Origin: an uncultured delta proteobacterium
GTDB lineage: Bacteria; Myxococcota_A; UBA9160; UBA4427
Assembly (NCBI GenBank): GCA_963822965.1
Contig: CAWGJT010000005.1
Span: 128,001-192,000 of the forward strand
Length of the DNA: 64,000 bases
Reading direction: 5' to 3'
Shown here: positions 61,908 to 64,000 of the stretch, piece after piece
Numbering within the stretch: position 1 is the first letter of the stretch
Layout of the letters: each line of letters begins with the position of its first letter
The notes under the pieces: generated by a model
What the model saw: the letters and a program-made list of their open reading frames with translations, nothing else
What the model was told of the DNA's origin: nothing
The model's database searches: none
Translations under genes and position numbers: made by a program

Positions 61908-63545
61908 TCAGCCCTCGATGCCGAGCGCTTCCATGGCGGTCTGCTTCGCCCAGCGATAGTCGGCCTTGCCGGACGGCGCCCGGGTGATGGTGTCCACGTA
62001 GACGAAGGCCTTGGGGAGCTTGTAGGCCGCGATGTGCTCCCGGGCCACGTCCTTCATGGACGCCTCGGTGGGCTTGCGGCCCGACCGGAGCTGCACGATC
62101 GCGGTCACCTGCGAGCCCCAGCGCTCGCTCGGGGTCCCCACCACCACCGAGTCGTAGACGTCGGGATGGTGCTTGAGGGCCTGCTCCACCTCTTCCGCGA
62201 AGATCTTCTCGCCGCCGCTGTTGATGGTGACCGAGTCGCGCCCCAGCAGGATGAGCTTGCCGTCGGCGGCGACTCGCGCCCGGTCGCCGGGCACGGAGTA
62301 GCGAACCCCGTCGATGGTCGGGAAGGTGCGGCGGGTCTTCTCGGCGTCCTTGTAGTAGCCCAGCGGCACCCGCGCCTCGCGCGCGAGCCAGCCCGTCTCG
62401 TCCGAGCCCGGCTCGAGCTTCGCCGTGAGCGCGTCGTTCAGCACCAGGCTGCCCGGCGCCAGCTCGAAGGAGCCGCTGGTGGGCTTGCCCTCCGACGTGG
62501 AGGCCTGGCTCGCCTGGCTGCCCGTCTCCGAGGAGCCGAGGGCGTCCAGCAGCCGCACCTTCGGCAGCCGCGCCAGGATCTCCGCCTTGAGGCCGGCGGT
62601 GAGGATCGCGCCGCCCGAGCTCAGCAGGAACAGGCTCGACAGGTCGTACTTCTTCTTGTCGAGCTGGTCGATCAGGGGCCGCGCGAAGGCGTCTCCCACG
62701 ATCAGCAGGCTGTTGGCCTTCTCGCGCTCCACCGTGGACCAGATGTCGTCGGGGTCCAGGTGGTCCACCTTGGAGTTGACGACGACCGTGCCGCCGATGT
62801 GCCACATGATGAAGGCCACCCAGTGGGCGGCGCCGTGCATGAAGGGCGGTGCGGGCAGCGCGCGAATCGGGGGAGATGCCTTCGCCCGCTCCTGGATCTC
62901 CTCCAGGCTCCCGGGATTCCAGTTCGACACGAGGGCGCCGTAGAAGATGTCCTCCTGGCGCCACAAGACGCCCTTCGGCATGCCCGTGGTGCCGCCCGTG
63001 TACAGGATGTAGAGGTCGTCGGGGGACAGGTCGTCCGGGGGCGGCGCCGGGCTCGCCGCCGCCAGGGCGGCCTCGTAGTCGATCGCCCCGGGCAGCAGCG
63101 CGTTTCCGGACTCGTCCGCCACCTGCAGCCAGAGCTTCACCTGGGAGAGCTTCGACTGGATCTTCTCGAGCACCGGCGCGAACCGGGCGTGGAAGATCAC
63201 CGCCTTCGCGTCGGAGTTGTCGAAGAGGTAGACGAGCTCCTCCTCCACGTAGCGGTAGTTGACGTTGAAGGGCGCGCAGCGGGCCTTGTAGCTCCCGACC
63301 ATGCCCTCGAGATACTCGTTGCCGTTCAGCAGGTAGAGGGCCACGTGGTCCTGGCCCGACTGCCAGCCCTCGAGCTCGGAACGCTCCGTGTGGCAGCCCA
63401 GGCCGTGGCTGCGCAGCAGGTTGCCCAGGCGCCGGGTGCGGTCCTGCACCTCGCGCCAGGTGAAGTGCTTGTCGCGAAAGACGATGCACTCGCGATCCGG
63501 GATGACGTCTGCAATGGCTTCGTGAATGCGGCCGAGATTCATCAT
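61908..63545 (-). CDS. Acyl-CoA synthetase (FadD19-like)
   Basis: NVNYRY..EEL, YTGGTTGMPKGV.WRQED, GSSETG, PGD, INSGGEK, R.PSGK. Confidence 0.92.
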   Translation of the reverse strand: MMNLGRIHEAIADVIPDRECIVFRDKHFTWREVQDRTRRLGNLLRSHGLGCHTERSELEGWQSGQDHVALYLLNGNEYLEGMVGSYKARCAPFNVNYRYVEEELVYLFDNSDAKAVIFHARFAPVLEKIQSKLSQVKLWLQVADESGNALLPGAIDYEAALAAASPAPPPDDLSPDDLYILYTGGTTGMPKGVLWRQEDIFYGALVSNWNPGSLEEIQERAKASPPIRALPAPPFMHGAAHWVAFIMWHIGGTVVVNSKVDHLDPDDIWSTVEREKANSLLIVGDAFARPLIDQLDKKKYDLSSLFLLSSGGAILTAGLKAEILARLPKVRLLDALGSSETGSQASQASTSEGKPTSGSFELAPGSLVLNDALTAKLEPGSDETGWLAREARVPLGYYKDAEKTRRTFPTIDGVRYSVPGDRARVAADGKLILLGRDSVTINSGGEKIFAEEVEQALKHHPDVYDSVVVGTPSERWGSQVTAIVQLRSGRKPTEASMKDVAREHIAAYKLPKAFVYVDTITRAPSGKADYRWAKQTAMEALGIEG

Positions 63546-63611
63546 GGGGGTGGTGCGTCCTTTCTCCGTTTCTCTTGCGGGTCTCTGTTCGGGATCGCGG
63601 TTCCGGGTGGC

Positions 63612-63998
63612 CTACAGCCCCTTGCACAGGGCCCGGATGGCCATCAGCCCGTCGATCGTGGGCGCCACGCGCCCGGGCGGACCGCCCGGATCGAGCGCCG
63701 CGAAGCCGCCGTCGGCCGCCTGCTCGTCCAGAAGACGGTCGAGCAGCTCCGCGACGTCGAACGTCGCGCCGGGAAGCGCGCGCGCGTCGCAGTAGAAGAG
63801 CACGCGCAGCACCTGCACCGCCTCGAAGCGATGGGTGCGGAATCCGCGTTCGAGCTCGCGGCCGCACCACTGCAGGGCCTCGTCGGCGAGGTCCGGCGCG
63901 CCGCCGTTCGCGAAGAAGTGCGCGAAGGCGGAGAGCCCCGGCAGGGCGCCGCCCTCCACGCGCTCCGGCGCCCACAGCCCGGACAGGAAGCGTCCCGC
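63612..63998 (-). CDS. Hypothetical protein, partial (possible prenyltransferase/squalene-cyclase-like repeat)
   Basis: Frame open to the window end; LLDEQAADGGF resembles a QxxDGGW repeat. Confidence 0.5.
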   Translation of the reverse strand, partial: AGRFLSGLWAPERVEGGALPGLSAFAHFFANGGAPDLADEALQWCGRELERGFRTHRFEAVQVLRVLFYCDARALPGATFDVAELLDRLLDEQAADGGFAALDPGGPPGRVAPTIDGLMAIRALCKGL

Positions 63999-64000
63999 CC

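Overview
High-GC (roughly 70% by eye), gene-dense bacterial chromosome segment. The gene content suggests a Myxococcota/deltaproteobacterium-like lipid or steroid degrader (inference). It starts with the 3' part of dnaE2. A ~19 kb catabolic island follows (2-21 kb): two BVMO-type monooxygenases, an LLM oxidoreductase, two double-domain CaiB/BaiF CoA transferases, an ADH, an amidohydrolase, a TetR regulator with a palindromic operator, and a rearranged set of homologues of the mycobacterial igr steroid side-chain operon (P450, ACAD pair, MaoC pair, DUF35, Ltp2). Next come an orphan superinfection-immunity-like gene, ilvA, SDR/VOC/sulfatase/LLM genes, an unusual riboflavin synthase-DHBP synthase (RibE-RibB) fusion, a stand-alone groEL, malic enzyme and transketolase. 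The most interesting block is 36.4-45.9 kb. There a FixL-like heme-PAS kinase and a sigma54 activator are surrounded by four -24/-12 promoters, in front of a CBS protein, a Coq4-like protein, the activator itself (followed by a USP and a K+ channel), and an uncharacterised operon of hemerythrin, two paralogous ferritin-like diiron proteins and a small CxxC-x17-CxxC protein. This looks like an O2-sensing diiron enzyme system. The rest holds envelope and lipoprotein genes, a sterol-desaturase-like gene, zwf/gnd, tRNA-Pro(TGG), leuCD, a REP-like hairpin array and a FadD19-like ligase. Five genes (adh, groEL, desaturase, zwf, leuC) carry frameshifts, mostly 1-bp insertions, that are probably sequencing errors. 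No CRISPR array, rRNA or intact mobile element was seen. All family calls come from motif recognition, not database searches.
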